Shown here one piece after another: positions 21,901 through 32,053 of a stretch of 64,000 nucleotides of DNA. The position numbers and the translations under genes were made by a program. A model generated the notes under the pieces. The model was not told where the DNA came from. It saw only the letters and a program-made list of their open reading frames with translations, and searched no databases. The first letter of the stretch is position 1, and every line of letters begins with the position of its first letter. Origin of the DNA: an uncultured virus (IMG/VR IMGVR_UViG_3300044646_001664) (taxonomy: Duplodnaviria > Heunggongvirae > Uroviricota > Caudoviricetes); IMG/VR virus record IMGVR_UViG_3300044646_001664. The stretch is one strand, 5' to 3'.

Positions 21901-24127
21901 TTCTATATTGATTATATTGATCTGTATTTCTATCAGAATATAAAAGAGATCCATTTATATTTGATATTGCTTTATAGCGTTCTGTTGTTGCTATGCCGCT
22001 TGATTTTACGTTGGTATCTACAGAAGCAATAGCATTTAAAATACTAATAGTAGTCCATGATATTCTATCAGTAGACACTCTTGTATTTGTTCCTGTTGAA
22101 GATGCTACTGTTGATATATTTGGATTATATAATAAGATTGAGGTACGGAGTTGGCCTGACTCTCCACCTGCTACCCAAAGGCCGTTTCCATAGGCTACTG
22201 ATGTTATACTTGAAGTTCCAAAGTTGGAGGTTTGCGTAGTCCAAGTTATTGCATCTGTTGAGGTGCGGAGTTGGCCTGTATTTCCACCTGCTATCCAAAG
22301 ATTGTTTCCGTAGTCTACTGAGTTTATCTGTGTATTACCAAAGTTAGAGGTGCGTGTGGTCCAGGTCGTACCATCCGTTGAGGTACGTAACTGGCCTGTA
22401 TCCCCACCTATTGTCCATAGGTTGTTGCCATAGGATATTGCTCTTATGGCTGTACTTCCAAAGTTTGAGGTACGGGTAGTCCAGGTTATGGCATCTGTTG
22501 AGGTACGAAGTGTTCCTGTATAGCCGCCTGCTATCCAAAGATTGTTTCCGTAGTTTAACCTTAGTATATCCGTATTACCAAAGTTTGAAGTTTGGGTAGT
22601 CCAGGTGGTGCCGTCTGTTGATGTTCGTAGTTGTCCTCTATTTCCACCTGCTACCCAGAGGCTGTTTCCATAGGCTATTGAGTGTATAAAAGAGGTTCCA
22701 AAGTTGGAGGTACGAGTGGTCCAGGTTGTGCCATCTGTTGAGGTGCGTAGTGTTCCTGCATTACCACCTGCTATCCAAAGGTTATTGCCGTAGGCTATTG
22801 AGTATATACGTGTACTTCCAAAGTTGGAGGTGCGGGTATCCCAGGTTGTGCCATCTGTTGAAATTTGTATTTGTCCAGTATCTCCACCTGCTATCCATAG
22901 GCTGTTGCCGTAGGCTACTGAGCGTATTGTTGTGCTTCCAAAGTTAGAGGTTTGTGTATTCCAACTAGATATTGCATTATTATTTTCAGCAATTTGCACA
23001 TTATTTATATTACTTGATCCAAATCCAGCATCTATTGTTGTCCATGATATGGAGTCGGTAGAAAATAAGAGTCTATTATTGTTCCCGCCGACAATATAAT
23101 TATTTAAAGTAGGATTATATGAAATATCGTTTAAAGAATCATCTGCTGAAGTGCGGATTTGTCCTTGATTTCCACCTGCTACCCAGAGGCTGTTGCCATA
23201 GGCTACTGAGTATATATCTGAAGTTCCAAAGTTAGAGGTTTGGGTGGTCCAGGTTATGGTATCTGTTGAGGTGCGCAATTGGCCATATTGCCCACCTGCT
23301 ACCCAAAGACTGTTGCCGTAGGCTACTGAGAATATACTTGTATTACCAAGGTTTGAGGTTCTGGTAGTCCAGGTTGTGCCATCTGTTGATGTGCGTAGTT
23401 GTCCTGAATTTCCACCTGCTATCCAAAGGTTATTGCCGTAGGCTATTGAGCCTATAGATGTACCACCAAAGTTGGAGGTTTGGGTAGTCCAGGTTATGGC
23501 ATCTGTTGAGGTGCGTAAGGTGCCTGTATTTCCACCTGCTATCCAAAGACTGTTGCCGTAGGCTATTGAGCGTATTGCTGAAGTTCCAAAGTTTGAGGTT
23601 TGAGTGGTCCAAGTTGTGCCATCTGTTGAGGTGCGCAATTGGCCATATTGCCCACCTGCTACCCAAAGGCTGTTGCCGTAGGCTACTGAAAATATATTTG
23701 TATTACCAAAGTTTGAGGTTTGAGTGGTCCAAGTTGTGCCATCTGTTGAGGTGCGCAATTGGCCTGTATAGCCGCCTGCTATCCATAGGCTGTTGCCGTA
23801 GGCTACTAATCGTATATCCGTATTTCCAAAGTTGGAGGTACGAGTGGTCCAGGTTATGGTATCGGTTGAGGTGCGAAGTGTGCCAGATTGCCCACCTGCT
23901 ACCCAAAGGTTATTTCCATAGGCTACTGCTCTTATCTGTGTGTTTCCAAAGTTTGAGGTTTGTGTGGTCCAGAATGTGCCATTATTTGACGGTATATTAA
24001 TATCAAAAGTTGTTAAATCTCCAGTAGATGATCTTAATGTTCCATCAGTTCCAGTAATAAAAAGTTTTTTTAAAAAGTTGAATGTTGATACAAATACAGC
24101 GCTAGCAGTAATTCCTAAGATTGGCAT
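18962..24127 (-). CDS. Giant beta-propeller repeat protein (5 x 7 blades), probable fibre-tip receptor-binding protein
   Basis: 35 copies of a ~40-aa Asp-box-like repeat TWTT(R/Q)TSNFG...YGN.LW.AGG..G.LRTSTD; start MPILGI at 24127 by TAATG overlap. Confidence 0.75.
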   Translation of the reverse strand: MPILGITASAVFVSTFNFLKKLFITGTDGTLRSSTGDLTTFDINIPSNNGTFWTTQTSNFGNTQIRAVAYGNNLWVAGGQSGTLRTSTDTITWTTRTSNFGNTDIRLVAYGNSLWIAGGYTGQLRTSTDGTTWTTQTSNFGNTNIFSVAYGNSLWVAGGQYGQLRTSTDGTTWTTQTSNFGTSAIRSIAYGNSLWIAGGNTGTLRTSTDAITWTTQTSNFGGTSIGSIAYGNNLWIAGGNSGQLRTSTDGTTWTTRTSNLGNTSIFSVAYGNSLWVAGGQYGQLRTSTDTITWTTQTSNFGTSDIYSVAYGNSLWVAGGNQGQIRTSADDSLNDISYNPTLNNYIVGGNNNRLLFSTDSISWTTIDAGFGSSNINNVQIAENNNAISSWNTQTSNFGSTTIRSVAYGNSLWIAGGDTGQIQISTDGTTWDTRTSNFGSTRIYSIAYGNNLWIAGGNAGTLRTSTDGTTWTTRTSNFGTSFIHSIAYGNSLWVAGGNRGQLRTSTDGTTWTTQTSNFGNTDILRLNYGNNLWIAGGYTGTLRTSTDAITWTTRTSNFGSTAIRAISYGNNLWTIGGDTGQLRTSTDGTTWTTRTSNFGNTQINSVDYGNNLWIAGGNTGQLRTSTDAITWTTQTSNFGTSSITSVAYGNGLWVAGGESGQLRTSILLYNPNISTVASSTGTNTRVSTDRISWTTISILNAIASVDTNVKSSGIATTERYKAISNINGSLLYSDRNTDQYNQYRSLYQAGIFWTTRTSNFGNFFITSVAYGNNLWVVGGSSGTLRTSTDAITWTTRTSNFGTSFIQSVAYANSLWIAGGNTGQLRTSTDAITWTTRTSNFGNTEIQSIAYGNSLWVAGGYTGQIRTSTDGTTWTTQTSNFGTSNIYAIAYGNNLWVAGGTGSQIRTSTDAITWATRTSNFGTTIFSVAYGNNLWVAGGVYGRIRTSTDAITWATRTSNFGTTRIESIAYANSLWIAVGYTGTLRTSTDGTTWDTQTSNFGNTRIQSVAYGNSLWVAGGSAGQVRTSTVTPLFNNIKSISAFGNTAFGLIADNNFVTSNNLISYTIQNLQWTTQTSNISGNLAIRDIAYGNNLWVASGIFSTLRTSTDAITWTTQTSNFSAVDSIFALAHNNNLWVIGGANGQLRTSTDAITWTTRTSNFGASLINEIAYGNNLWVAVGGSGQLRTSTDTITWTTQTSNFGTSGIRTAVYSNSLWIAGGYSGQLRTSTDAITWTTQTSNFGASLINKIIYGNNLWVAGGEAGNLRTSTDAITWTTRTSNFGATTINSVAYANNLWAIVGDAGQLRTSIDAITWTTQTSNFGSTVINSVAYGNNLWAIGGEAGQLRISYTPSISPIITSINTDILASDQGIFYTFNTSNSTYASTRTGVLGWVEKVNSYNNTYSIYVDGKTPNRWVTQTSNFGNTFITSVAYGNNLWVAGGGSGQVRTSTNGTTWTTRTSNFGNTQINSVDYGNNLWIAGGNTGQLRTSTDGTTWTTRTSNFGNTQIQRVAYGNSLWVATGYTGQLRTSTDGTTWTTQTSNFGNTTIWSAAYGNSLWIAGGDGGQLRTSTDAITWTTRTSNFGTTRIISVAYGNNLWIAGGISGTLRTSTDGTTWTTQTSNFGSGTIRSIAYGNSIWVAGGNFGALRTSTDGVTWTTKTLNFVNDIFSVAYGNNLWTAISGSGDINTSTVNENLGIYVSTDGATWTTQALTLPISNYNLTDIELA

Positions 24128-26379
24128 TATGCGCTTAAATCCCCTACAGCCACCCAAGTATTTGCTGCTCTTTTAACAATTGTGGCGACAGACCATTGTC
24201 CTCTTAGTTTTAAACCAGGACTTCCATTTACTGTTGTAGTTGCTGGAGTTACCGCTGCAATTGTTATTTGTCCTGCTCCAGTTTGTAAAATATTTATTTG
24301 TGATCCTATTGCAAAATTTGCAGTAGCATCTGTTGGTATATTTAGTGTACCCGCAGTTGCTCCATTACTTAACTCAAGCCATTTATCTTTATCTGCTAGA
24401 ACTACTGTGTATGCATTTGTTGTAAATGTAGGTGTTGAAATAGTTAAAGTAGAAGAAGCAAACTCAACTGCTTGTGACACCGAATTAAGAGTGCCCCCAA
24501 CAAGAATTTTGTCATTAGTAGAATCCCAAGCAATTCTGCCATCTGTTGTAGAAGATGTAGTAGATAGAGTAAGGAGTGGTGTATCAATTGTTGGACTTGT
24601 TAAAGTTTTATTTGTAAGGGTTTCAGATACATCTTTAAGAGCAGTTCCATTCATAGAGTATGACTTACCAGAAGCAAGATTTATGTGTTCCGATGAAGTC
24701 CAAGAATCTGTAGAGTCAACCCAGTTAAAGGTTTTATCGGTTGTGCCTTTAAGTGTAATACCTCCGCCATCGGCAGTTATGTCTGTTGGAGTTTCTACAT
24801 CTCCAAGAATAATATTTTTATCTTCAACAACTAGGTTAGTTGAGTTAATATTTGTAGTTGTACCGTTTACGGTAAAGTTTCCAGATACCGTCAAAGAAGG
24901 AACTGTAAATTCTCCAGATGAAGATACATTAGCAAGGATTGTTCCGCTTGAGTTTTGCCATTCTTGCAGGTTAGCGGTTTGTGATGCTATGCCTCTAATA
25001 ACTTGTCCAATATTTGTTGTAGCAGTTGTGGTAACTTCCATTTGTGCGCCGTAGTTAGTAGTACCACCAGTACGCATTTTTCCAGTTGATGTTACAAAAG
25101 ATACACCTGTAATAAAATCTGAAACAAATGCGCCATCTGATTGAATTCTTGCCAATAGTGTACCAGCACTATCCTGCCATTGTTGAAGGTTGGCGGTTTG
25201 GGAGGTTGCACCACGAACAACTATCGGAGTAATTGCTGCCGTACCAGCAACAAAACTTCCAACGGCAGACAAAGTAAATGTTCCACCTGTACCTGCTACA
25301 TCTGTAAATCCTGAACCAAGAACCGTAAAGGTTGTTGATGTAACTGCTGTGACTGTCCAAGTTCCATTGTAAGTGCCACCACTTACTGATGCCACTGTAA
25401 CTCGCTGACCTGCTTGCACAAGTGATGTGCCACCATAGGTAAAGACTGCAACTGTCGCAGATGTATATGCAGCCGATGTGATTGCCGTAGTAGTTGAACC
25501 ATTGATGCTTGTGGTAGTCCCTGCGTATATTTGTCCAGCAGAATTAATTCCTGAAAGAACAGTTCCAGCACTACCCCTCCATTGTTGTAGGTCTGAAGTT
25601 TGAGTTGAAATACCTATTACTTGTAAAGATGGATAACTTCCTGCTGTTGATGTGACAGCAAAATAGGCAGAATTATTTCCTGATTGAAATACTAGTTGGC
25701 TTCCTCCGCCACCTACATATCCCATTGAACCTGAAATACGTAAATTACCACTTGCCTGGATTGATGCCAACGTTGTACCAGCATTATTCTGCCATTGTTG
25801 AAGGTCGTTTGATTGTGACGTTGCGCCTCTCACAACTATTCCAGTAGTAGTATTATTTATAGGAATTACTGATAATTGTGTTCCTGTTATTAAGGTTCCA
25901 AGATTTAGTGCGCCAGTATTTCTTAGGCTTGCCCTTACCGTTCCATCAAAATTGTGCCATTCTTGCAGGTTAGCGGTTTGAGATTCGGTGCCCTTTACAA
26001 TTAAACCAATAGTTTCAGCATTAGCAGTAGTAATCTGTTGCACTCCACCAGTAAAAGTATTGGCGGTAGCAAGATAAGGAACACCAGTAATTGCTGAACC
26101 TGCTGGAATTGTTACTGTGCCAGTAAAAGTGGGGGAAGCAAGTGGGGCTTTAGCATCTATCTGAGTTTGAATTGCTGAAGTTACACCATCTACATAATTT
26201 AATTCTGTAGAAGTTGCTGTAAGATCAACGTTCTCGTTAATTTTTGGGGTAGTTAAAGTTTTATTTGTAAGAGTTTGTGTATCCGATGTGGTAATAACTT
26301 GATTACCATTGACCGTAGCAGAGTTTCCTTCTACGATCAAACCATTCTTGACCCTAAAATCTTTATTTGTTGTAGTCAC
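24127..26379 (-). CDS. Tail fibre/appendage protein
   Basis: N-terminal [17 protein letters not shown] repeats, five Q(T/S)..LQ.W repeats, C-terminal ...WVAVGDLSA domain. Confidence 0.75.
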   Translation of the reverse strand: MTTTNKDFRVKNGLIVEGNSATVNGNQVITTSDTQTLTNKTLTTPKINENVDLTATSTELNYVDGVTSAIQTQIDAKAPLASPTFTGTVTIPAGSAITGVPYLATANTFTGGVQQITTANAETIGLIVKGTESQTANLQEWHNFDGTVRASLRNTGALNLGTLITGTQLSVIPINNTTTGIVVRGATSQSNDLQQWQNNAGTTLASIQASGNLRISGSMGYVGGGGSQLVFQSGNNSAYFAVTSTAGSYPSLQVIGISTQTSDLQQWRGSAGTVLSGINSAGQIYAGTTTSINGSTTTAITSAAYTSATVAVFTYGGTSLVQAGQRVTVASVSGGTYNGTWTVTAVTSTTFTVLGSGFTDVAGTGGTFTLSAVGSFVAGTAAITPIVVRGATSQTANLQQWQDSAGTLLARIQSDGAFVSDFITGVSFVTSTGKMRTGGTTNYGAQMEVTTTATTNIGQVIRGIASQTANLQEWQNSSGTILANVSSSGEFTVPSLTVSGNFTVNGTTTNINSTNLVVEDKNIILGDVETPTDITADGGGITLKGTTDKTFNWVDSTDSWTSSEHINLASGKSYSMNGTALKDVSETLTNKTLTSPTIDTPLLTLSTTSSTTDGRIAWDSTNDKILVGGTLNSVSQAVEFASSTLTISTPTFTTNAYTVVLADKDKWLELSNGATAGTLNIPTDATANFAIGSQINILQTGAGQITIAAVTPATTTVNGSPGLKLRGQWSVATIVKRAANTWVAVGDLSA

Positions 26380-26407
26380 TGAAGTTCCCTATCCCCTCAG
26401 ATACATA

Positions 26408-28789
26408 TTAGGCTTCTATAAGCGTCTTATGCACCTTTACTGTTGTCTCGTCTGATGCCGTTACAAGTAGTCTAACATTTCCGCCTGAGTAATCTGCATT
26501 AGTTGTTCCTAAAGATGCTGCTGCATTGATTACATCTGCGTATTCTGTAAGAGCAACGTTGTTGCCTCCGTCTACGTTAACAAGGATTTCTATGGTTTGA
26601 ATTTCTGTACCCTTTTTCATTTGTACTAAATATTTAGCACTTGAGTATGTGGTTGCTGACCAAGAGTCAACTACGGTTGCAGTTCCACTTGTAAGTGCTT
26701 GTGTAGCAGTTCCAATTAATGCATCTGTCAGTGTAAGCGATGTTGCAGTTGCTGCACCAATGTTTGGAGTTGTAAGTGTTGGAGAGGTGCCAAATACTAG
26801 AGCGCCAGACCCTGTTTCGTCAGAGATTACTGATGCTAGTTCTGTTGAAGTGGTTGCTGCAAAAACGTCCAATTTGTTGTTTGTAAGAGCAACAGTACCT
26901 GTAGCATCTGGAAGAGTAATTGTTCTGTCTGCAGTTGGATCAGTTACTGTAATAGTTGTTTCATGGTCGTTTGCTGTAGCACCTTCAAGAACGATACTTC
27001 CGTCTGAAAGGGTAAGTCCTGAAATTGTTGGTGATGTTAGAGTTTTGTTTGTTAAAGTGTCCGTTGAAGAGGTAGTGACAACATTAACACCTTCAACAGC
27101 AATAACACCTGCTGAAACTCTTGAAATTGTTGTGTCTGTAGCATGGCCTAACTCAACAGTTCCTACACCTAAAGCGGTGGAAGTTGAAGCAACTAATCCA
27201 CTAATCGGTAAGCCAGTTGCATTTGTTAAAGTTCCTGATGCTGGAGTTCCAAGTGCTGGAGTAGTTAGTGTTGGCGATGTGAGAGTTTTATTTGTAAGGG
27301 TTTGTGTATCTGTTAATGTTACTACAGTTGAATCAATATCAAGAGTGTTTCCAGTCTTGTCTAATCCTGTACCCGCAACAATTTGTCCAAGACCAGTAAA
27401 CTGAGTAAAGGTAAGTGCTGTAGTTCCAACTGTAATTGCACCATCGTTAGTTAATACATAACCTTGATCAGCGTTTACAGTTCCTTCTTCTACGAATACC
27501 GCAAAATTTGAAGTAAGTTCAGCACCTTCATCACAATCTTGTGCACGATCTGGATTACCAAATGGTCGAACTATATAAATACCGTTTTCTGAAGCAGTTG
27601 ATTGATTCTTAACAAGAATACGCTCATTAACAACAAGAGTTACTCCGTCAATAACATCTCCATTGTTAAGATCACTGAAAAGGTTAACGTTTGCAGTTGT
27701 TGCTGCACGTACTGATGGTTTCCAGTCAATACCTACAACTGCTGTATCAACATAACCTTTTGTTGCTGCATCTGATGAATCAGTTGGTGTACCAAGACCT
27801 GTAATCTTGTAAGTTGCCATACTGACGTTGCCAGTTGGTGCTCCAACAGCGCTTAGTGCAAACTCTGAAGGGTCTACAGAAATTGCGCCTGTTGAATCAT
27901 CATAGTCAAGACCATTTCCTACAACAGTTCCAATTGCATCTTGTGCTCTTTCGTCTGTGAAGTATTTGTTTGTTGAACCTTCTGCAATATCGTCAGATCC
28001 AAGAGTACGTGAACCACCAAGAGATGTTGATGTACCGTTAATAGTAATTGCTGAGTTTGATAGTTTATCGTTTGCAATTGATCCTGCAAGCATTGTGTTT
28101 GTTACAGAACCTGTATCTCCAGTTGTTACAACAGTTCCAGTTACGTCTGGAAGAGTAATTGTACGGTCTGCTGTAGGGTTTGTTACTGTAAGAGTTGTCT
28201 CGTTAGCATCTGCTGATGAACCTTCAAAAACAATGCTTGAATCTGAAAGTGCAAGTCCTGAAACCACTGGGCTTGTAAGAGTCTTATTTGTAAGTGTTTC
28301 AGTTCCTGCAAGAGTTGCAAAGTCTTGATCTGTTAGTGCTGTATTAAACTCTGCAATAGTTCCTGTAATTGTGTTTGTAGTTAGTGAAACCGATTTGTTT
28401 GTAAGTGTATCAGTTGTGTCTTTAAGAACTACCGTTCCAGTTGCATTTGGAAGTGTAATTGTTCTATCTTCAGTTGGATCGGTTACTTGAAGGGTAGTTT
28501 CAAAGTCATTTGCAGTTGCACCTTCAAATGAAACGCTTGCTTGAAATACTCCAACTGGTTGTGTTTCTTTCCAGGCAATTCCATTTGTTGCTTGATCGTC
28601 TGCTGTAAGCACATAGTTATTTGTTCCAACTGCTAGACGAGTTACTGCATCTGCACCAGATGCAACTAGTAAATCACCTTTTGCGTCTACTAATGCTTCT
28701 GTTAATATATCGTGGTTGTTTACAGTTGCAGTTGATCCTTCAACTACTAGTCCCGCTTTTACTCTAAAATCTTTTGTTACGGTTGCCAT
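26408..28789 (-). CDS. Tail fibre/appendage protein
   Basis: N-terminal [15 protein letters not shown] repeats, three EG..A...ETT....P..DRTITLP repeats, DAATKGYVD motif. Confidence 0.75.
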   Translation of the reverse strand: MATVTKDFRVKAGLVVEGSTATVNNHDILTEALVDAKGDLLVASGADAVTRLAVGTNNYVLTADDQATNGIAWKETQPVGVFQASVSFEGATANDFETTLQVTDPTEDRTITLPNATGTVVLKDTTDTLTNKSVSLTTNTITGTIAEFNTALTDQDFATLAGTETLTNKTLTSPVVSGLALSDSSIVFEGSSADANETTLTVTNPTADRTITLPDVTGTVVTTGDTGSVTNTMLAGSIANDKLSNSAITINGTSTSLGGSRTLGSDDIAEGSTNKYFTDERAQDAIGTVVGNGLDYDDSTGAISVDPSEFALSAVGAPTGNVSMATYKITGLGTPTDSSDAATKGYVDTAVVGIDWKPSVRAATTANVNLFSDLNNGDVIDGVTLVVNERILVKNQSTASENGIYIVRPFGNPDRAQDCDEGAELTSNFAVFVEEGTVNADQGYVLTNDGAITVGTTALTFTQFTGLGQIVAGTGLDKTGNTLDIDSTVVTLTDTQTLTNKTLTSPTLTTPALGTPASGTLTNATGLPISGLVASTSTALGVGTVELGHATDTTISRVSAGVIAVEGVNVVTTSSTDTLTNKTLTSPTISGLTLSDGSIVLEGATANDHETTITVTDPTADRTITLPDATGTVALTNNKLDVFAATTSTELASVISDETGSGALVFGTSPTLTTPNIGAATATSLTLTDALIGTATQALTSGTATVVDSWSATTYSSAKYLVQMKKGTEIQTIEILVNVDGGNNVALTEYADVINAAASLGTTNADYSGGNVRLLVTASDETTVKVHKTLIEA

Positions 28790-28804
28790 CTTATATCTCC
28801 TTGG

Positions 28805-29251
28805 TTAGGCCTTTAATCCCATACGCATGTAGCGTAGGGTTATAGGTGTAATTCCCCCTACTGGAACAACAGTTAGTGAAACTGTGTCTCCAGCCCTTGA
28901 AACAGAGATGGTGCCAATATTCCCATCATTGTCAATTGTTGCATACTGAGTAAAGTTAACATCTGTACCGTCAATCAGAATGCTAAGTTCTGTAGAAAAG
29001 TACTTGTTAGCCCCACCTACCACATATTTGAGTGAGATCATATATTTCATTGATCTAAACTCGCTTGCTAAAAAGTTATCAAAAACCGTTGGGTTTTCAA
29101 TTCCATTAATTGTTGACTCGTTATTACCATCTGATCCAAGATCGGTAGACCTAGCAGAAGTACTATCAATTAAGTCTATATAGTTTTGTTCCGTTGGTCT
29201 ATCACCTGTTTGAAACAGGGCTTTTACATTGGTGGTTGATATCTTTGCCAT
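28805..29251 (-). CDS. Fibre-associated structural protein
   Basis: N-terminal FQTGDRPT....DLIDS; C-terminal domain homologous to that of 26408..28789. Confidence 0.55.
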   Translation of the reverse strand: MAKISTTNVKALFQTGDRPTEQNYIDLIDSTSARSTDLGSDGNNESTINGIENPTVFDNFLASEFRSMKYMISLKYVVGGANKYFSTELSILIDGTDVNFTQYATIDNDGNIGTISVSRAGDTVSLTVVPVGGITPITLRYMRMGLKA

Positions 29252-29271
29252 AGGTCTATTATAGCATTATG

Positions 29272-29532
29272 TTAAAGAATATAGTTAGAAAAACCAATCA
29301 TCTGAACACCAATTACTGGTGGATTGTTTGGGCTATAGCCTTGAATGCCAATATTGGTTATGCTTAGTCTAAATGGAAGAATTTCTGTTAATATAACTAC
29401 CTTCGAATAATTGACTAATGCAACAGGATTTGATGCTGGCTTAATGTCTGAAATTGCTATTGTTGGAGAAATTGTTGCTGCTGAAACTAATACCGCTAAA
29501 GCAATACCTTGGGAAATCGAGGTTGTTGCCAT
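29272..29532 (-). CDS. Small structural/hypothetical protein
   Basis: 86-aa ORF coupled to its neighbour. Confidence 0.4.
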   Translation of the reverse strand: MATTSISQGIALAVLVSAATISPTIAISDIKPASNPVALVNYSKVVILTEILPFRLSITNIGIQGYSPNNPPVIGVQMIGFSNYIL

Positions 29533-29978
29533 TATGAATCCTGATCTGTTACTTCACCAAGCATAATCATTTCGCCTTGACATACTGTCCAAATACGATC
29601 ATTGTCTGTTAGTTGAATATCAAAAACATCTCCAGTTCTTAACTGTTTTGATTGTACTGCAGATACCGTTACTGTAAATTCTCCTGGATCATCAAACTCT
29701 GTTGCATAAGGATAGACTGTAAATAATAAATCATCTCCGACATCGTCTGAATACCTTCTAAAATCTCCTTTTATGTCCCAACCAGTGATATCTCCACTTT
29801 CATCATTTGTATAATCTAAAGGATTTCCTAAATCATCTTCTACGTAAATTCTAAAAGATATAGTATCTCCTATTACAGCAGTCCAGTTAATTAATGGTGG
29901 CTTATTGCCAAGGTTATATACTGAAGGTGTTGTTACATTTGTAATTGAACTTTCATCAGGGTTTCTATATGTAGCCAT
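29532..29978 (-). CDS. Ig-like virion protein (baseplate-upper-like), paralog of 37121..37462 and 37595..37996
   Basis: GDT, FDIQ, TV..G......EVT motifs shared with the two paralogs. Confidence 0.45.
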   Translation of the reverse strand: MATYRNPDESSITNVTTPSVYNLGNKPPLINWTAVIGDTISFRIYVEDDLGNPLDYTNDESGDITGWDIKGDFRRYSDDVGDDLLFTVYPYATEFDDPGEFTVTVSAVQSKQLRTGDVFDIQLTDNDRIWTVCQGEMIMLGEVTDQDS

Positions 29979-29993
29979 TATTTAATTATACCA

Positions 29994-30515
29994 TTAAGCA
30001 AGTCCATTTTTTAATGCCCCCCATGTTCCGTTGCCCTTTGGTTGACCAACAATCAATATTCCAGTAGTTGCATTAGATTTTGCTACTACTGCTACCGCTC
30101 CAGAACCAGTTGCTGGTTGTGTTGCTGTTAATCCTCCACCATCTGCTACATAAAGAACATTGCCAGCAGTAAATGAATTTGTATTTGCATCAAGGATTAC
30201 ACCAGAAATAGTAACAACGCCATCTGTATTATTTCCAATTGCAGAACTTGTTAGTCCTAATACTGGAAATGTGGCAATGTTATCAGAGTCACATTTTCCT
30301 ATTGTTGTTTTTGTATTAAATCCAGTAACAAAAACTGGTGTTGCTTTTGCAATACTTGCACCACTTACATTTCTAACCTCTATTGTATGATTTACAAGAT
30401 CAGGAAGAATTAATTCAATTTGTTCCGCTAAGTCTTGCAAATCTTCATGAATGTTTACTGGATCGCTAGAAAGCGGAAAGGGAATATCATAATTTGCGGT
30501 TGCACCAGTAGCCAT
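29994..30515 (-). CDS. Virion fibre-type structural protein
   Basis: T.NY..P.P...DP N-terminus; N.SG..I.K.TPV; G..LYV...GGLT...P. Confidence 0.45.
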   Translation of the reverse strand: MATGATANYDIPFPLSSDPVNIHEDLQDLAEQIELILPDLVNHTIEVRNVSGASIAKATPVFVTGFNTKTTIGKCDSDNIATFPVLGLTSSAIGNNTDGVVTISGVILDANTNSFTAGNVLYVADGGGLTATQPATGSGAVAVVAKSNATTGILIVGQPKGNGTWGALKNGLA

Positions 30516-30657
30516 AATCTTATTATTATACCACTTCCTAAAGCAATATTTTTAATAAATGTGCGGGTATATTGATAAAGTTGACTTTAATCCCTAAATC
30601 ATGTTATAATTAATATACTACCGAAAGGTAGTTTTTGTTTCTAAGGAGGTAACACTA

Positions 30658-31209
30658 ATGAGAAACATTGAAAAGAAGGTTTGGTTGGGGTTACTATCTA
30701 TTGTTGGTTTGGTTGCGCCTTTTAGCAATTCTGCTAATGCTTTAGATAATAATTTATTGACTAAACCCTCCGTTGAAGCCGTTCCAGCCCCTACAGGGGC
30801 TTTTCTGGTTTCTAAGGAGAGTATATTAAAAAAATATGAAAATGCTCATAAATTAACTGATAGCCAGTTAGTTGACCTATTGAAGGCTATAGGGTTTAAA
30901 GGTGATAAATTAAGAACAGCATGTGCAATTGCAAAGGCTGAATCTAATGGAAGACCTTTTGCTTTTAATGGCAACTCAGAAACTGGAGATAGTTCTTATG
31001 GAGTATTTCAAATAAATATGATAGGAAAACTGGGTCCTGATCGTAGAGAAAAATTCGATCTTGACTCTAACGTTGAATTATTTAACCCAGTTACTAATTC
31101 ACAAATAACATTTCACATGACTAAGGGTGGTAAAGATTGGTCAGCATGGAGTTCTGTGAATGGACCACGGTATCAAGAATGGTACAGCAAGTATCCTTGT
31201 AAAGTCTAA
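30658..31209 (+). CDS. Lysozyme-like lytic transglycosylase (SLT-type) with N-terminal signal/TM segment
   Basis: AIAKAES, SYGVFQIN, LFNP..N, DWSAW motifs. Confidence 0.8.
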   Translation: MRNIEKKVWLGLLSIVGLVAPFSNSANALDNNLLTKPSVEAVPAPTGAFLVSKESILKKYENAHKLTDSQLVDLLKAIGFKGDKLRTACAIAKAESNGRPFAFNGNSETGDSSYGVFQINMIGKLGPDRREKFDLDSNVELFNPVTNSQITFHMTKGGKDWSAWSSVNGPRYQEWYSKYPCKV

Positions 31210-31219
31210 TAATTAAAAT

Positions 31220-31256
31220 ACCCTCCTTGCTTTTGGCTTGGAGGGTTTTTTATTTT
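31220..31256 (+). terminator. Intrinsic terminator
   Basis: ACCCTCC...GGAGGGT followed by a T-run. Confidence 0.65.
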
Positions 31257-31292
31257 AAACATTAAACATTTTATTGTAAATATAGGTTTAGT

Positions 31293-31883
31293 CTATTCGT
31301 GTTTTTTAATACTTGCTCTAATTTCTTTTTCAAATATATTATATTTAGTAGGAATCCAAAAAGACGGAGTTGTGTATCTTACGCCTTTAGTTATTTCACG
31401 CACACCATGTATGTACATAGTATTTGATGGGAAAAAAACTAATGTTCCAGCCTTGGGCTTAAACTCTAGTTTGTGATCTGGAAAATATATTTCTCCACCT
31501 TCATAGTCATCATTTAAATATATAACAGCCCCATAATCAACTATAAATGCTTCATTTGGATGCCCCTCTGGATCTTCTCCATCTGCATGTAATGGTTGAT
31601 ACTCTCCTACATCCCATCTTCTTATTCCAGCAGAATTAGTTTCAAGTGGTCTGCCAAAATGAAACTCAATCTCTTTTTGTACCCTATTAATTGCATTTAA
31701 TAAAATTTTATGAATCTCTGGTTTTTCTTTATGAAGTTTTTCTGTAACTTTGTCTGGTATGCCAGCCATTGAATTAGATCCCCAAGAAATTGAATCATCA
31801 ATTGAAGATAAAATCAAGTCTAAGTCTTCTTTAGAAATAAAGTTTTCTTTAATAACTATATTTTTTGTTGATCCTATTTTCAT
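31293..31883 (-). CDS. 2OG-Fe(II) oxygenase, prolyl-4-hydroxylase-like
   Basis: HAD...YLNDDYEGGE.YF...HGV.....G.RY. Confidence 0.9.
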   Translation of the reverse strand: MKIGSTKNIVIKENFISKEDLDLILSSIDDSISWGSNSMAGIPDKVTEKLHKEKPEIHKILLNAINRVQKEIEFHFGRPLETNSAGIRRWDVGEYQPLHADGEDPEGHPNEAFIVDYGAVIYLNDDYEGGEIYFPDHKLEFKPKAGTLVFFPSNTMYIHGVREITKGVRYTTPSFWIPTKYNIFEKEIRASIKKHE

Positions 31884-31894
31884 TATATTTCTCC

Positions 31895-32053
31895 TTAGTT
31901 AGGTAATTTATATTGTTCTGCTATTTCTTTTGCTTTGTCAAAATTTGATACATCAATCATTGAATATAAAACATAGCACAACCATTGGTAAGATGATTTC
32001 TCACAATACCCTTTTGATTGCATTGTTTTAGCAATGTCTTCTATAATTTCCAT
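31895..32053 (-). CDS. Small hypothetical protein (52 aa, not in ORF track)
   Basis: MEIIEDIAK...KLPN, TAATG-coupled to the upstream oxygenase. Confidence 0.45.
   Translation of the reverse strand: MEIIEDIAKTMQSKGYCEKSSYQWLCYVLYSMIDVSNFDKAKEIAEQYKLPN

Noticed and set aside
18962..24000. 120-bp periodic repeats as a CRISPR array or DGR template/variable repeats
   Set aside because: They are in-frame protein blades, differences are not confined to adenines, and no cas or reverse transcriptase gene is visible
5415..28328. Long plus-strand ORFs (5415..6161, 23506..24000, 24182..25054, 26649..27404, 27957..28328)
   Set aside because: Antisense shadows of well-supported minus-strand genes, with composition mirroring the sense codons
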